Source: Chiloscyllium plagiosum
Lineage: Eukaryota
NCBI RefSeq assembly: GCF_004010195.1
Contig: NC_057759.1
Span: forward strand, 1,086,255-1,129,166
Direction of reading: 5' to 3'
Length of the DNA stretch: 42,912 bases
A program made the position numbers and the translations under genes. Shown piece by piece: positions 1 to 12,496 of this stretch; the stretch's first letter is position 1, and each line of letters opens with the position of its first letter. The notes beneath the pieces are model-generated. The model was not told the origin of the DNA and ran no database searches. It saw only the letters and a list, made by a program, of their open reading frames with translations.

Positions 1-760
1 CCATTCACCCGCTCTCAGTGCGGGAAGGGGTATGCGAATTCTTCCAACCTGCAGACACACCAGCGGGTCCACACCGGAGAGAGGCAATTCACGTGCTTGG
101 GGTGTGGGAAAGGGTTCACTTAATCATCTGCACTGCTGATCCACCAGCGGGTCCACACAGAGGAGAGGCCGTTCACCTGCTCAGTGTGTGGGAAGGGATT
201 CAGTCATGTGGGCCATCTGCAGACACACCAGCGGATCCACACGGGAGTGAAGCCGTTCATGTGCCCAGTATGTGGGAGTAGGTTCGCTGAGTCATCTAAA
301 CTCCTGATCCACCAGCGGGTCCACACAAGGGAGAAGCCTTCCATCTGCTCAGTGTGCAGGAAGAGATTCAGTCAGATGGGGCATCTGCAAAGGCACCAGC
401 AGGTTCAGACGGGAGAAAAGCCGTTGACGTGCCCCGTGTGCGGGAGGGGGTTCACTGAGTCATCTACAGTGCTGACCCACCAGCGGGTCCACATGCGAGA
501 GAAGCCCTTCACCTGCTCAGAGTGTGGAAAGGGATTCAGTCGGGTGGGTGACCTGTAGATGCACCAGCGGGTCTACACCAGGGAGTGGCTATTCACTTGT
601 CCCGAATGCAGGAAGGCATTCAGTCATGTCAGTAACTTGCGGACACACCAATGGGTCCACATGGGAGAGAAGCCATTCACCTGCCCGAGTGCGGGAAGGG
701 ATTAATTGATGCCTCCGGCCTGCGGATGAACGAGCAGGTCCACAGTGGGGACAGCCCGCT
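1..760 (+). pseudogene. C2H2 zinc-finger array, disabled (5' part outside window)
   Basis: Frame-1 CxxC...HxxxH fingers with TGEKPF-like linkers. In-frame stops at 121-123 (TAA) and 556-558 (TAG), a frameshift near 685, and several lost Cys/His. AATAAA at 865-870. Confidence 0.92.
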
Positions 761-1154
761 CACCATCTCAAACGCTTTGACCTTGAGCCGTTTTTAAAAA
801 AAACAGCTACATTTTGTACACCTTTTTGTTGGGGAGATCTGAAGCAGTGACAAAGCTGGGTTGCAATAAAGGTTACTTGAACTTTTCGTCGTACTCGGAC
901 CTTGAAATCTATGCAATCTTGCAGGCTTTTGTTTCAAAGCTGCTCATTTCTTTCAGCCTCCAGCACTAAGTTTCTGCTGTCATGTATCAGAAGAAGCAAT
1001 GAATGAGTAGTTAGTATCATCAGAAATTGTAATTTTTTTCAGGAGTGCAGGTATTCCATTGCTTCATTGGCATTGTAAAGTTTACTGGCAGCACCAGGGG
1101 AGGTGTGAGCTGTGTTCACTGAAAATTATGTGGAAGAGCCCGTGTTGGACTGGC

Positions 1155-1975
1155 GTGGACAAAGTTAAAAATCACACAACACCAGGTTATATTCCAACAG
1201 GGTTTATTTGGAAGCACTCTCTCTCGGATCACTGCTCCTTTATCGGGTAGCTATGGAGCAAGATCACAAGAAACAGAATTTATAGCACAGGATTAGTGTC
1301 ATGCAACTGATACCATATAATGAACAAACTTAGAATGCTGCTAAGTCTTTCATCTTTTAGAATGGGTTGAAGGTTTTGGTTCATTTAATATGTTAATCCC
1401 AGAGCTTCCTTAAAGTAATATTCTTGACATACCTCGTTTTTTAAAATCTGAAGTTAACATCTCAGCTCAGAAAATGCATTCAAGTTGAGGTTAGAGTCTG
1501 TCTATATCCAATCTTGAGTGACACTGATTCTAATTTCCAAAGTAGGAATTTTTAAAATATTACATGGATTGACTGCCTGCAGATTTTGCTCAAAAAGTGC
1601 ACAGTAGAATGTATCTGCAAATGTGAGTTCGCAAATGAAAATTCACCCAAAAGACTTGTATGTATTTGTGCGTCCATCAGAGACAGTCTGTGCGTGCACA
1701 TGTGTGTGTGCACGTGACTGTGTGTTTGTGTGTGTGCGCATGCTTGATAAAATGTGTGATGGAGTATAAGCCTTTGCGAGGGTGGGTATGCATGGGGAGA
1801 GTACGTCTGTGTATCTGGGAGAGAGCAAGTGTATGAGAAAGAGCGTCTGCATGAGTGTGTGGAAATGTGCTTGTGTGTGAGTGTACAGTACAGTGGATGT
1901 AAACGCAAGGTCCCAGTTGAGGCTATCCTCACGGATACTGAACTTGGCTATCAATCTCTGCTCGGCCACTAGAAA
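1155..1975 (-). mobile_element. Penelope-like element 3' fragment (GIY-YIG C-terminus, 3' region and terminal repeat)
   Basis: Minus-strand VAEQRLIAKFSIREDSLNWDLAF resembles the PLE GIY-YIG C-terminus. It is followed by a (CA)n-rich tract and the recurrent shark PLE end 'gttaaaaatcacacaacaccaggttat', with a decayed hammerhead core near 1215-1250. Confidence 0.75.
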
Positions 1976-2525
1976 CAATTAAGCAGTTACACAACACACA
2001 TTGGAGAAGGTTGGGTGGGACTTGTCTTTCAATTTGCTGGGAGGATCTGGATGCTGTGTTCTAGGGCAAACACATGTCAGAGAGATGGAGCTGGAAGCCA
2101 GGCTCCAGACATGTTGGGAGGAAATGGGTAAAGTTAACCGGACACTTTATTCCGGGAAATGGTCTTCCCCTCCAGATAGCCTTCTAATTGGGTCAGTGGA
2201 CAGGGTCAGAGCGCGTATCAGACAGGTAAAGGAGATCTGAGAGAGGGCTGCAGGCCGGAGGAGCGAACTGGCTGGGCAGTGGGTGGTGACAGTAACGACA
2301 ACACTGGGGAATGGGAGATGGTGGTGAGGGAACTGGCAGCAGGAGGCCAGATGACATCTCTGTCTGTCTGGCAGGAGAATTCAGGAACAGATGTGATCAG
2401 GGCTAGAGAGATGGGAAAGGGGGGTTGCAGCGGGTATGATTCAACAATGTCGGGAGGAGAGATCCTCTATTGCAGGCTCACGAGAAGTTAGAAGCTACAA
2501 AGACAAAGCCGAACCTCAAAGCTCT

Positions 2526-2830
2526 GGGTGGCATGGCTCAGCAGTTAGTACCACTGCCTCATGACCCCAGGGACCTGGGTTCGACTCCATCCTCAGGGGA
2601 CTGTCTGTGGACTATGGCACGTTCTCCACCTTGTGTCTGTGTGAGTTACGTCCACGTGCTCAGGTTTCCTCCCACATTTCAAAAATTTGCAGTTCAGGGT
2701 GGATTCGCCATGCTAATGTGGTCAGACATGTGCAGGTTAGGGTGTATTAGCAATGGGGAAATGCAGGGCTGTAGGGTAAGTGGGTTGGTCTAGGTTTGGT
2801 GCTGTTCAGAAGCTCGTTTGCTGTGGAGGA
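2526..2830 (+). mobile_element. HE1-like tRNA-derived SINE, old copy
   Basis: A-box-like 'tggctcagcagttag', B-box 'gggttcgactcc' and the V-SINE-type core 'ggtttcctcccaca'. Confidence 0.8.
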
Positions 2831-2887
2831 ATGGGTTCCAGTTCGTAGGACACTTGACATCAGTCCTAGCGAAGATGGGATTTGTGC

Positions 2888-3212
2888 TGTCTCTCCCTCC
2901 ACCCTCTGTCCCCCTGTCCATTCTCTCCACTCCCACCTCCCCCCCCACCCATTCTCTCTCTCTCCCACACTCATACACCCCCATTCTGTCTCACTCCAAA
3001 CCCTCTGCTGCCGTTCTCTCTTTCCCTCTCCCCCATTCTCTTACGCACCACTGTCCCCCCAGTCTTTCGCTTTCCCCCACCCTGTTGCCTTCAGTCTCTC
3101 TTCAGCCACACCCTCTATTCCTCTGTCCATTTTCTCTGTCTCTCTTCACCCCCTAACTATTCTCTTTCCTTTCCTACCCCTATCCTTTCTCATGCCTCAA
3201 GCCCTCTTTGAT
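2888..3212. repeat. C/T-rich low-complexity tract
   Basis: Almost purely pyrimidine on the + strand; the overlapping ORFs are compositional artefacts. Confidence 0.85.
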
Positions 3213-3502
3213 CGCTGAATCGAGCTCTTAAAGAACACAGAGAATTGATGGTGATGACTCTATCTGGGAGATGGGAGTGCATGAGAAATGGCTGGCCTTT
3301 AAAATTGAGAATAGCTAAAATGATATCTTTAGAAACATCATAAATGTTTGAAAGCATATTCAATATTTTTAAAAAAGCTTCAGAATTCTTTGACAAAATT
3401 GCTTGAAATATGCGCAGTTAGGTCACAGCTGAGGACAGGCTGTAAGGGGTGGATAGTCTATTCCAAGTCTTGTGCAATTGGTCCCGACTATGTAGAAATC
3501 GA

Positions 3503-3810
3503 GCCATAGAGTTGTGAGGCATGCAAACAAACCTTTTGATCCACACCGACAAGATATCCTAAATTAATATAGTGACCTATTTGCCAGCATTTGGTCCATA
3601 TCCCACTCACCCCTTCCCATTCATATACCCATCCAGATGCCTTTTAAATGTTATCATTGTAGCAGCCTCTACCAGTTTCTCTGGCAGCTCATTCAATTCA
3701 CACACCACCCTTTGCATGAAAAGGTTACCCCTCCGGTCCCTTTTAAATCTTCACCCTCTCACCCTAAAGCTATGCCCCTCTAGATTCGGACAGCATTCTA
3801 CGCTGGGGAA
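3503..3810 (-). mobile_element. CR1 LINE 3' end
   Basis: Reverse complement of the CR1 3' end seen at 36600-36865. Confidence 0.8.
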
Positions 3811-3964
3811 AACACATCCAAAATTTGAGCTCCCGGACGAAATGGAAACAGAATGAAATAAAATATCGAGCCACAGTAGAAAAAGAAAATTGTGACTGCA
3901 ATCCTTTTTCTAAACGATTGGCATTTAGACACTTTAAATTTGTCAGTAGCACCAGCATCTTCAC

Positions 3965-4392
3965 ATTGCATACTGCGCATGCTCCTCAGAGTCAGCAAGC
4001 ACTGTGAATGTTCACCGGTGTCAGCAAAATAATGTGCATGCTCCTTGCTCACCACGGAAATGGCCTGCGACTTTTTTTAGTGGACCAATGAGGAGCCCTG
4101 GACAACCGGAAGGTGTGTGGTCCTCCTGCCAGTCACAACCCTCCTTTTGTCTGAATGCGGCCATTGGACCATGAGCTTTGGAAGTTGCTGCTCCTCTCTC
4201 TGAATGAAGATTGAGCTTCACCCCAGACTGCAACTTACTCTGGCCAACATCTGTGCGTACAGCAGTCTCTTTTCTCACCGTTTTCCATTTCTTTGTTTCA
4301 TTCTGGGATTCAATTGTTGACTTGCAGGAACTGAAAGGAAAGGGAGTGAATCCAGGGAGGGGACAGACTCTGGAAAAGTCATCCAGGTCAGG
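3965..4392 (+). promoter_or_regulatory. Putative promoter and non-coding first exon of the downstream zinc-finger gene
   Basis: Non-repeat sequence with an NRF1-like TGCGCATGC (3974-3982), CCAAT (~4085), an ETS-like CCGGAA (~4106) and a donor-like CAG|GTCAGG at 4386/4387. Linkage to the 12170 acceptor is inferred. Confidence 0.4.
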
Positions 4393-4504
4393 GTCTCAAT
4401 TGGCAAAAACAAGGCAAATGCAGGACCACAGTATGAAGTTTTAACCTTTGCTGCAAAAAAAAGCAGAAAAGAGGTGTAAGGTTTAAATGGTGATATATTG
4501 GGAT

Positions 4505-4638
4505 GTGGAGAAAGTGAGGACTGCAGATGCTGGAGATCAGAATCTGAAAGTTTGGCGTTGGAAAAGCACAGTAGGTCAGGCAACATCTAAGGAGCAGGAG
4601 AAATAATGCATCGGGCTTGAACCTTTCGTCAGGAATGA
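4505..4638 (-). mobile_element. Penelope terminal-repeat fragment
   Basis: Same family as 26183-26400 (gagaaagtgaggactgcagatgctggagatcag...tcaggaat), more diverged. Confidence 0.75.
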
Positions 4639-4883
4639 TGCGTGGATGTACAAAGGTGCCTCTGTGTCCTTCTACACCAGTCAATGTCGGTTATCAGATA
4701 GGTGCAGCAAGCAATGAGATTGGCAAGTGATATATTAGCAAGAGGAATGGAGTTCAGAAGTGGGGATGTCTTCCTGCAGTTAGGGGATCATTGAATATAT
4801 TCAAGGCTGAGTTCATCTGACTTTTGAACAACAAAGATGTGGATGGTTCGGGGGAAAGGCAAGAAAATAGTTTTATGACCAGT

Positions 4884-5310
4884 ATAGTACAGGAACAGAG
4901 ACATACAGCCCAGAAACACTCCCTTCAGTACATCCCGTCCATGCTGACTATGTTCTAAAATTAAACTAGTCCCACTTGCTAGTATTTGGCCCATATCCCT
5001 CTGAACCTTTCTGATTCATGAACTTATGCAAATGTCCTCTAAACGTTGTCACAGTACCCATATCCACCACTTCCTCTGGAAATTCATTCCACATAGAAAC
5101 TGCTTTCTTAAAAAAAAACGTGATCCTCGTTTTTTTGAAAAAGTCTTTCTCCTTTCACCTTCAACATTTGTTCCCTAATCATTAAACACCCCAGCCTAGG
5201 GAAAAGACACTTGCTGTTTTCCTCATCTATACTCCTCATGATTTTATAGTCCTCTACAAGGTCACCTCTCAACCTCCTATGCTCCAGTGAAAAAAGTCCC
5301 AACCTATCTG
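4884..5310 (-). mobile_element. CR1 LINE 3' fragment
   Basis: Minus-strand LFSLEHRRLRGDLVEDYKIM, the CR1 ORF2 C-terminal motif, plus the 3' UTR. Confidence 0.88.
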
Positions 5311-5374
5311 CCTAGATGTATGTACACTTCTATCCAAATGAGAGAGGAAAGAAAATCTGATATAAATTAGAATT

Positions 5375-5845
5375 GATTGGATGTACTGACGGTTTGAGGC
5401 TTGGCAGATGGGTAATTTAAATAAATGCGAGCTGTTGCAAAGAGACCGTGGAGTGCAGGTTTATAGTTTCTTGCAAGTGCAGAGGCCGGTAGAAAGGATA
5501 GTGAAGGTGTTTGGTATGCTTTCCCTTATTGGTCAGAGCATTGAGTATAGGTGTTGGGAAGTCATGTTGCAGCCGTGCAGGACATTGGTTAGGCCACTTT
5601 TGGAATACTGCATTCAGTTCTGGTCTCCCTGATATAGGAAAGATGTTCTGAAACTTTGAAAGGGATTGGAAAAGATTTACATGGCTGTCCTCAGACTTGG
5701 AGGGTTTGAGCTTTTGGGAGAGACTGAATAGGCTGGGGCTGTTTTCCCTGGAGCATCGGAGGCTGACAGGTGATCTTACAGAAGTGTATAAGGGGCAGGG
5801 AGAGGGTGAATAGGCAAGATCTTTGCCCCAGGGTATAGGAGCCAA
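5375..5845 (+). mobile_element. CR1 ORF2 C-terminal fragment
   Basis: RTLVRPLLEYCIQFWSP motif. Confidence 0.88.
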
Positions 5846-5849
5846 CAAC

Positions 5850-8800
5850 AAGGGAGAGAGAAAGAAACCTACACTGCTAACTGACACAGCAGTGAATCTG
5901 CAATTACAGGACATCAGAGTGAGTGTAGGAAAAATTAACAAACAGCAAGATTCACAGCTACCTTTGGAGGAACCTGTGTGGGAGCGCGAGCAGCACAGGA
6001 ACAGATAAGTGCATATTTTAACGCGTAACCTTGCTGTATGTCTGCACCAGTGTACAGAGTGGGTTCTTTCTTGATTATATGTTTTATTGAAATCTGTCTC
6101 TTGATTAAATGTAAAAAATGTAAACTGTAAGTACTAGGTTAGCCTGGAGCACTGGTTTTTATAGCAAAACAATGGTGCTATTGTCTGGTTCTGTAGATTG
6201 TGGAGGAAATATGGCTTTTCTTAGAGTAATATGCTCTTCCTGTCGGATGTGGGAGTTTTGGGAGAGTTTCAATGTTACTGTTGATTACGTCTGCAGTAAG
6301 TGTTTGGTTGTGAATCCTACCGGATCACATGGATCAGCTGGAGTGACAGTCGAGGAATGAGGAAGTTACAAGAGGAATATTACAATGAGGAATACATCCA
6401 GGAAAGTTATTTGGGTGGAACTGAGAAATAAAGAGATAATCACCTTATTGCGATTGTACTACCACTGAATAATCAATCGAAAATAGAGAAACAAATTTGT
6501 AACGAGATTTCAGTTATCGGTAAGAACAATGGGTGGTTATGGTTAGGGATTTTAACTTTCCAAACACAGAAGGTGGTGTGACTGATGGCAGTTATCAGAT
6601 GGGAGAAAAACCGCAAACAGGTAGATGGGTTAGCTCCAGGAAAGGTAGGAGGGATAGGCAGGTAGTGCAGGAGTCTTCTGTGGTTACCCCCATTTCAAAC
6701 AAGTATGCTGTTTGGAAAATGTAGGGGGTGATGGACTGTCAGGGGAATGTAGCACAAACAGCCACATTACTGGTACCCAGGCAGGTTCTAATGCAATGAG
6801 GGTTAAGTTGGGATCCAAGCGATCGATTGTGATAGGGACTCTCCAGTCAGAGGCAGAAACAAGTTTATGTAGTCAGCAGCAAAAAATAAGAATGGTGTGT
6901 CACCTCCCTGTGCCAGAATCAAGGATGTCTCCGAGATGGTGCAGAATGATCTCAAAGGGGAGAGGGACCAGCAGGACGTCATTGTATACATTGGAACCAA
7001 CGGCAGAGGAAGGGAAAAGAATGAGATTCCGAAGGGAAAGTATAGAAAGTTAGGCAGGAAATTAAAAAGGTGGACCTTGAAGGTAGTCATATCTGGATGA
7101 CTCCCAGTGCTGTGAGCTAGTGAGTATAGGAATAGGAGGATAGAGCAGATGAATGTGTGGCTGAGGAACTGGTGCATGGGAGATGGGTTGACATTTTTGG
7201 ATCTTTGGAAATCTTCTGGGGTAGAAGTGACTTGTACAGGAAGGATGGATTGCACCTGAATTGAAAGGAGACCAATATTCTGGCAGGGAGATTTGCTAGA
7301 GCTGCTCAGGAGGGTTTTAACTAATAATGTGGGAAATAGTGAAGACAGAAATCAATCTGAGAGTGGTACAGTTGGGAAAGGGAACAAGTAAAACAGTCAG
7401 GGCAGGAAGGAACAAAGCAGAGAACAAGGTCGGACTGATAAATTAAACTGCATTTACTTCAACGCAAGAGGCCTAACAAGGAAGGCAGATGTCCTCAGGT
7501 CATGGTTAGAGACATGGTACTGGGATATCATGGCAATTACAGAAATGTAGCTCAGATGGTCAGGACTGGCATCTTCTCCTCCAGGATATAAATGCTATTG
7601 CAAGGATTAAAAAGGGGGCAAAAGAGGATTGGGAGTGATGTTTTTATAAGGGATGGTATTACTGCTGCACTTCGGGAGGAATACAACCAGGGAAGTTATT
7701 TGGGGGGAACTGTGAAATAACAAAAGGGATGAGCCCTTGATTGGATTGTATTATAGACCACCAAATAGTCAGCTGGAAATTGAGAAACAAATTTGTCAGC
7801 AACTTTCAGTTATTTGTAAGAATAATAGGGTGGTTGTGGTAGGGAATTGTAACTTTCTGAACATAGACTGAGACAGCCATAGTTTAAGGGTTTGAGTACT
7901 GTGGATGCTGGAGATTAGAGTAGAGAGCGTGGTGCTGGAAAAGCATAGCATTCGAGGAGCAGGAAAATCGACGAAGGGCTTTTGCCGCAAACGTTGATTT
8001 TCCTGCTTCTTGGATGCTGCCTGACCTGCCATGCTTTTCCAGCACCAAAGTCTCAGATCTAAAAGTTGAAGTTCTAAATTGGAGCAAGGCTAATTTTGAC
8101 TGTATTAGGCTGGAACTTTCAAAAGCTCATTGATCACAGATGTTCGCAGTCCAAGCAATGGCAGGAAAATGTGAAGCCTTCAAAAATTAGATCATGAGAG
8201 TCCAGAGACAGTATATTTCTGTTCAGGTGAAAGTAAAGGCTGGTAGGTAAAAGGAATGATGGGTGACTAGAAAAATTGAGATTTTCGTTCAAAAAAAGGA
8301 CAGAAGCATACGACAGGGACAGACAGAAGAGATTGAGTGAATCCTTCGAGTATAAAGTTAGTAGGAGTATATACTTAAGAAGGAAATCAGGAAGGCAAAA
8401 AGGGGACAGGACATAGCTTTGGTAAATAGGGTGAAGGAGTATCTGAAGGGTTTTTATAAATACATTAAGGACAAAAGGGTAACTAGGGAGAGAATAGGGC
8501 CCCTCAAAGAATAGCAAGGCAGCCTATGTATGGAACTGCTGGAGATGGGGGAGATACTAAACAAATATTTTGCATCAGTGCTTACTTTGGAGAAGGGCAT
8601 GGAATTTCAAAAATATGGGGAAATAGATGGTGACATTTGAAAAATGTCCATATTAGAGAGGTGGTGGTGCTGGATGGCTTTAAACGCACAAAGGTAGATA
8701 AATCATCAGAACCTGATCAGGTGTACCTTAGAACTCTGTGGGAAGCTAGAGAAGTGATTGCTGGGCCCCTTGCTGATCTATATGGACTTCAGTGAGGGGT

Positions 8801-9571
8801 TTGATAAGGTTCCTCATGGGAGCAACATGTGGATCATTTCAGAGAATATCTCTAGGATACTTGCACCCAGCAACCCCATTGTCATGTGGCTGAACACTTT
8901 AACTCCCCTCCCATACTTGCAAGGATACGTAGGTCCTTGGCCTCGTCCATCACTGAACCTTAACTGAGAAAGTCTATAGCCTTCAAACTTGTCTTTAAAC
9001 ATTTAGACTAAACAAATATTTTGCATCAGTGCTTACTTTGGAGAAGGGCATGGAATTTCAAAAATGTGGGGAAATAGATGGTGACATTTGAAAAATGTCC
9101 ATATTAGAGAGGTGGTGGTGCTGGATGGCTTTAAACGCACAAAGGTAGATAAATCATCAGGACCTGATCAGGTGTACCTTAGAACTCTGTGGGAAGCTAG
9201 AGAAGTGATTGCTGGGCCCCTTGCTGAGATATTTTCATCATTGATAGGCACAGGTCAGGTGTTGGAAGACTGGAAGTAAGCTACCATGGTGCCAATGTTT
9301 AAGAAATGTGGTAAGGAAAAGACCGGGAACTATAGATTGGTAAGCCTGATGTTGATGGGCAAGTTGGAGGGAATCCAAACGGACAGGATTTGCATGTATT
9401 TGGAAAGGCAATGATTGATTCCAGATAGTCAGCATAGCTTTATGCTTTGGAAATCATGTCTCACAAATTTGATTGAGTTTTTTGAAGAATTAACAAGGAC
9501 GATTGATGAGGGAAGATTAGTGGACGTGATCTATATGGACTTCAGTGAGGGGTTTGATAAGGTTCCTCATG
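5850..9571 (+). mobile_element. Long degenerate CR1 (5' UTR, ORF1 zinc-finger/esterase, ORF2 APE to start of RT), 3'-truncated
   Basis: ORF1 VICSSCRMWE...YVCSKC at ~6211; SGNH-esterase motifs (ARIKDV, VIVYIGTN, DGLHLN) at 6830-7265; APE start LNCIYFNARGL at ~7445; RT entry SCLTNLIEFFEE...IYMDFSEGFDKVPH. Confidence 0.9.
7897..8058. mobile_element. Inverted (fold-back) Penelope terminal-repeat insert with collapsed centre
   Basis: Two opposed arms (ggtgctggaaaagcat ... atgcttttccagcacc), same family as 26183-26400, inserted in CR1 ORF2. Confidence 0.7.
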
Positions 9572-9765
9572 GGAGCAACATGTGGATCATTTCAGAGAAT
9601 ATCTCTGGGATACTTGCACCCAGCAACCCCATTGTCATGTGGCTGAACACTTTAACTCCCCTCCCATACTTGCAAGGATACGTAGGTCCTTGGCCTCGTC
9701 CATCACTGAACCTTAACTGAGAAAGTCTATAGCCTTCAAACTTGTCTTTAAACATTTAGACTAAA
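8556..9765 (+). repeat. Tandem duplication (unit 1 8556-9006 with a 302-bp internal deletion; unit 2 9007-9759)
   Basis: Near-identical copies (3 A/G differences seen). ACTAAA junction microhomology. Includes the first ~48 bp of the LTR (8965-9012). Confidence 0.92.
9572..9717 (+). mobile_element. Penelope GIY-YIG fragment, left half (ERV integration target); continues at 20993-21019
   Basis: Decayed F-R-E-x-L-W-D-T...VAEHFNSP...LGL, continuing on the far side of the provirus as T-T-R-S-L-E-E-E-R-L. Confidence 0.75.
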
Positions 9766-10566
9766 ATGTAATGTTGAATTATAGAACACATTTACTGAAC
9801 TAGAAAATAGACAGGCAGGAAGGCTCAGAAAAAGAGGAGATCTCAGGGAATGCAGAAGATAGCGACATCTGGACTCACCAAATGATAACAGGATGCTGTA
9901 AGGCAATTAAGAACATTTGCCTTAGCATCAGTGAATCCGTGTGAACAGGACACCAAGTGATAACATTCACAGCCGTTCTCTTGTGAAATTAATGACAGTG
10001 TTTGACTTTGACCCTGAAACAAAACTCGGTACTATCAAAAGCTTTGTAATTAATGGTCAGATGCTGCCAATTATAACGGACTCTTATTACCCCTTGCAAG
10101 CAGGGCAGAGATAGAGAGAAAAAAAATCTTTGCTGACTTGAGAGTTCAAAAGGACACTAAGGGGAGAGACCATTTTAGTGGTGAGGCTATTGGAGCCTGT
10201 AGAAAATTAACTTAGTGCTTATCTGCTATGCACTGAATTTTACTGGATTTTGGGACTTTATGATGATATTGAGTAGCCATTACCAGGTAATATTAATGAA
10301 GCTTTCACTTACTTGCTGTTCTTGCAGGCCACTCTACAGACCTTACAGACTGCCCCAACTGTCAATTCTAACTAGTCAGATCTTATGTCTTATTTGAATT
10401 TGAATCACAAACTTGAAAAGAAAGCATGTTTAATTCGAGACTAATTAATCATTTTACATACAATGGTGCAGTAACATTTCAGCGTCAGGTACAGAATGAT
10501 TCTGTGCTTTAGATAAAAAGCAGGAATCTGCTCCCAGCTGAAAATTATTCTAAACCTAACATCGAA
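9718..10566 (+). repeat. ERV 5' LTR, U3 portion (part a)
   Basis: Collinear with 19468-~20338 at roughly 90% identity by eye. Confidence 0.92.
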
Positions 10567-11665
10567 CTCTGCCTATTTCCTTCTTAGTAATCCTCTGTTG
10601 TTCTTTAAAAGCTTCCCAGTCCTCCGTTTTCCCACTTATCTTTGCTATGTTATACTTTTTCTCTTTTAACTTTATATGTATCTTAACTTCCCTCATCAGC
10701 CACAGCCACCCATGCCTCCTCCTAGGATCTTTCTTCCTTTTTGGAATGAACTGATCCTGCATCTTCTGCATTATACGCAAAAATATCTGCCATTGTTCCT
10801 CCACTGTTATCCCCGCTAAGGTATTGCACCATTGAACTTTGGTCAGCTCCTCCCTCACAGCTCCATAGTTCCCTTTATTCAACAGAAATATTGTCACTTC
10901 TGATTGTACCCTCTCCCTCTCAAACTGCAGATTGAAGTTTATTGTATTATGGTCACTACTTCCCAATGGCTCCTTCACTTCGAGGTCCCTGATCAATTCT
11001 GGTTCGTTGCAAAATACCAGATCCAGAATTGTCTTCTCCCTGGTAGGCTCCAGCACCAGCTGTTCTAAGAATCCATCCCGGAGGCACTCCACAAAGTCTC
11101 TTTCTTGAGGTCCAATACTATCCTGATTCTCCCAGGCTACCTGCATGTTGAAATCCCCCATAACAACTGTAGTAACATATTTGCAACAGGCCAATTTCAG
11201 CTCCTGATTCAACTTATGTCCGACATCCAGACTACTGTTTGGGGGCCTGTAGATAACTCCCAAGAGGGTCTTTTTACCCTTAGAATTTCACAGCTGTATC
11301 CATACTGACCCTACATCCCCTGATTCTAGGTCCCCCGCGAAAGGGACTGAATATCATCCTTTACCAACATGCCCNNNNNNNNNNNNNNNNNNNNNNNNNN
11401 NNNNNNNNNNNNNNNNNNNNNNNNNNNNNNNNTCCGTCAGTCTGTCCTTAGGATAGCACGTGTAGCCTTGAATATTCATTTCCCAGGCCCTGTCCACTTG
11501 AAGCCACGTCTGTTATCCCCACAATATCATATCTGCCAAATTCCAGAAGAGCCTCAAGCTCATTCATCTTATTTCTAATGCTTCGTGCATTCATATATAG
11601 TCGTTATAATTTGTAACTGCCCTCACCCTTCCCATCAACTCCTATTTCACTCAACCTTACAGCAT
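10567..11665 (-). mobile_element. CR1 ORF2 endonuclease/linker fragment (spans gap 11375-11432)
   Basis: Open 235-aa frame with GVIYRPPNS, MGDFN, LDLVFCN and GSSDHN; no CR1 3' tail. Confidence 0.92.
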
Positions 11666-12128
11666 GATCCACAGACACAGAATGTCATCATAGCAGGGAA
11701 TAAAACAAAAGAATTGAGAAAAAAATAAATGCACAGTTGGTGCTTGTAGTTAATGTTTGTTCATTAGAAAGTAAACCTGAAATAGGGGTCTCCCAGGATT
11801 CTTTCCCCTTCTTGAGGAATTCTCTCTCCCTTACATCTAAATATTAGTACCTTGCTCTGATTTGTAACGATACTCTCGTCAACTGAAATAAAGTATCTGT
11901 TATCAAATAGACACAGAGATGTACAGCACGGGAAACAAAAATCTTTTCGATCCAACACCCCCGTGCTGACAATCTTCTCCTCTCACTCTAAACCTTTTGC
12001 ACCCCACCCTGGGGTAAATTACTTTCCCATTTTCCCTACCGTGCCCCTCATGATTTTAAAAACCTTTATGATCAGCAGGCATCTGGCAATCTAGCAGAAT
12101 TGCCACCTATGTTATGTGCATTTAACTG

Positions 12129-12169
12129 TACTAACAGTGATCAATCATTTTGTGAATTTATTTTTGCAG
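12129..12169 (+). promoter_or_regulatory. Branch point and splice acceptor of the zinc-finger coding exon
   Basis: TACTAAC at 12129-12135, a T-rich tract, and TTTTTGCAG|G at 12169/12170. Confidence 0.7.
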
Positions 12170-12496
12170 GAAGACATGCGGAAAGAAATCTGAAAGCACA
12201 TGATACATCAACTTCTGACAGAACCACTTGATTCATTGGGACTTGAATATCAGCAGCTATTCAAATCGAGAGGAAATGTTTGCTTTTGTCTGCTTGACAG
12301 GTTTTGGACACTGGTATGGCAGGAGGAATACGGAGACATCTGAGTGAGGGAGATTCAGTGCGCTGTCTGTGAAATGTGCTTCAAACCGTTTACTCAGCTT
12401 AGGGGATCAAACTGACACCACTCACTGTGGGGAGAAACTGTGTACACATCCTGTTTGTAATTTCAAACTCAGAGCGACGCAAGGAAAGCTCCCCCA

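Noticed and set aside
2796..3218. Overlapping Pro/Ser/Leu-rich ORFs
   Set aside because: Low-complexity pyrimidine tract.
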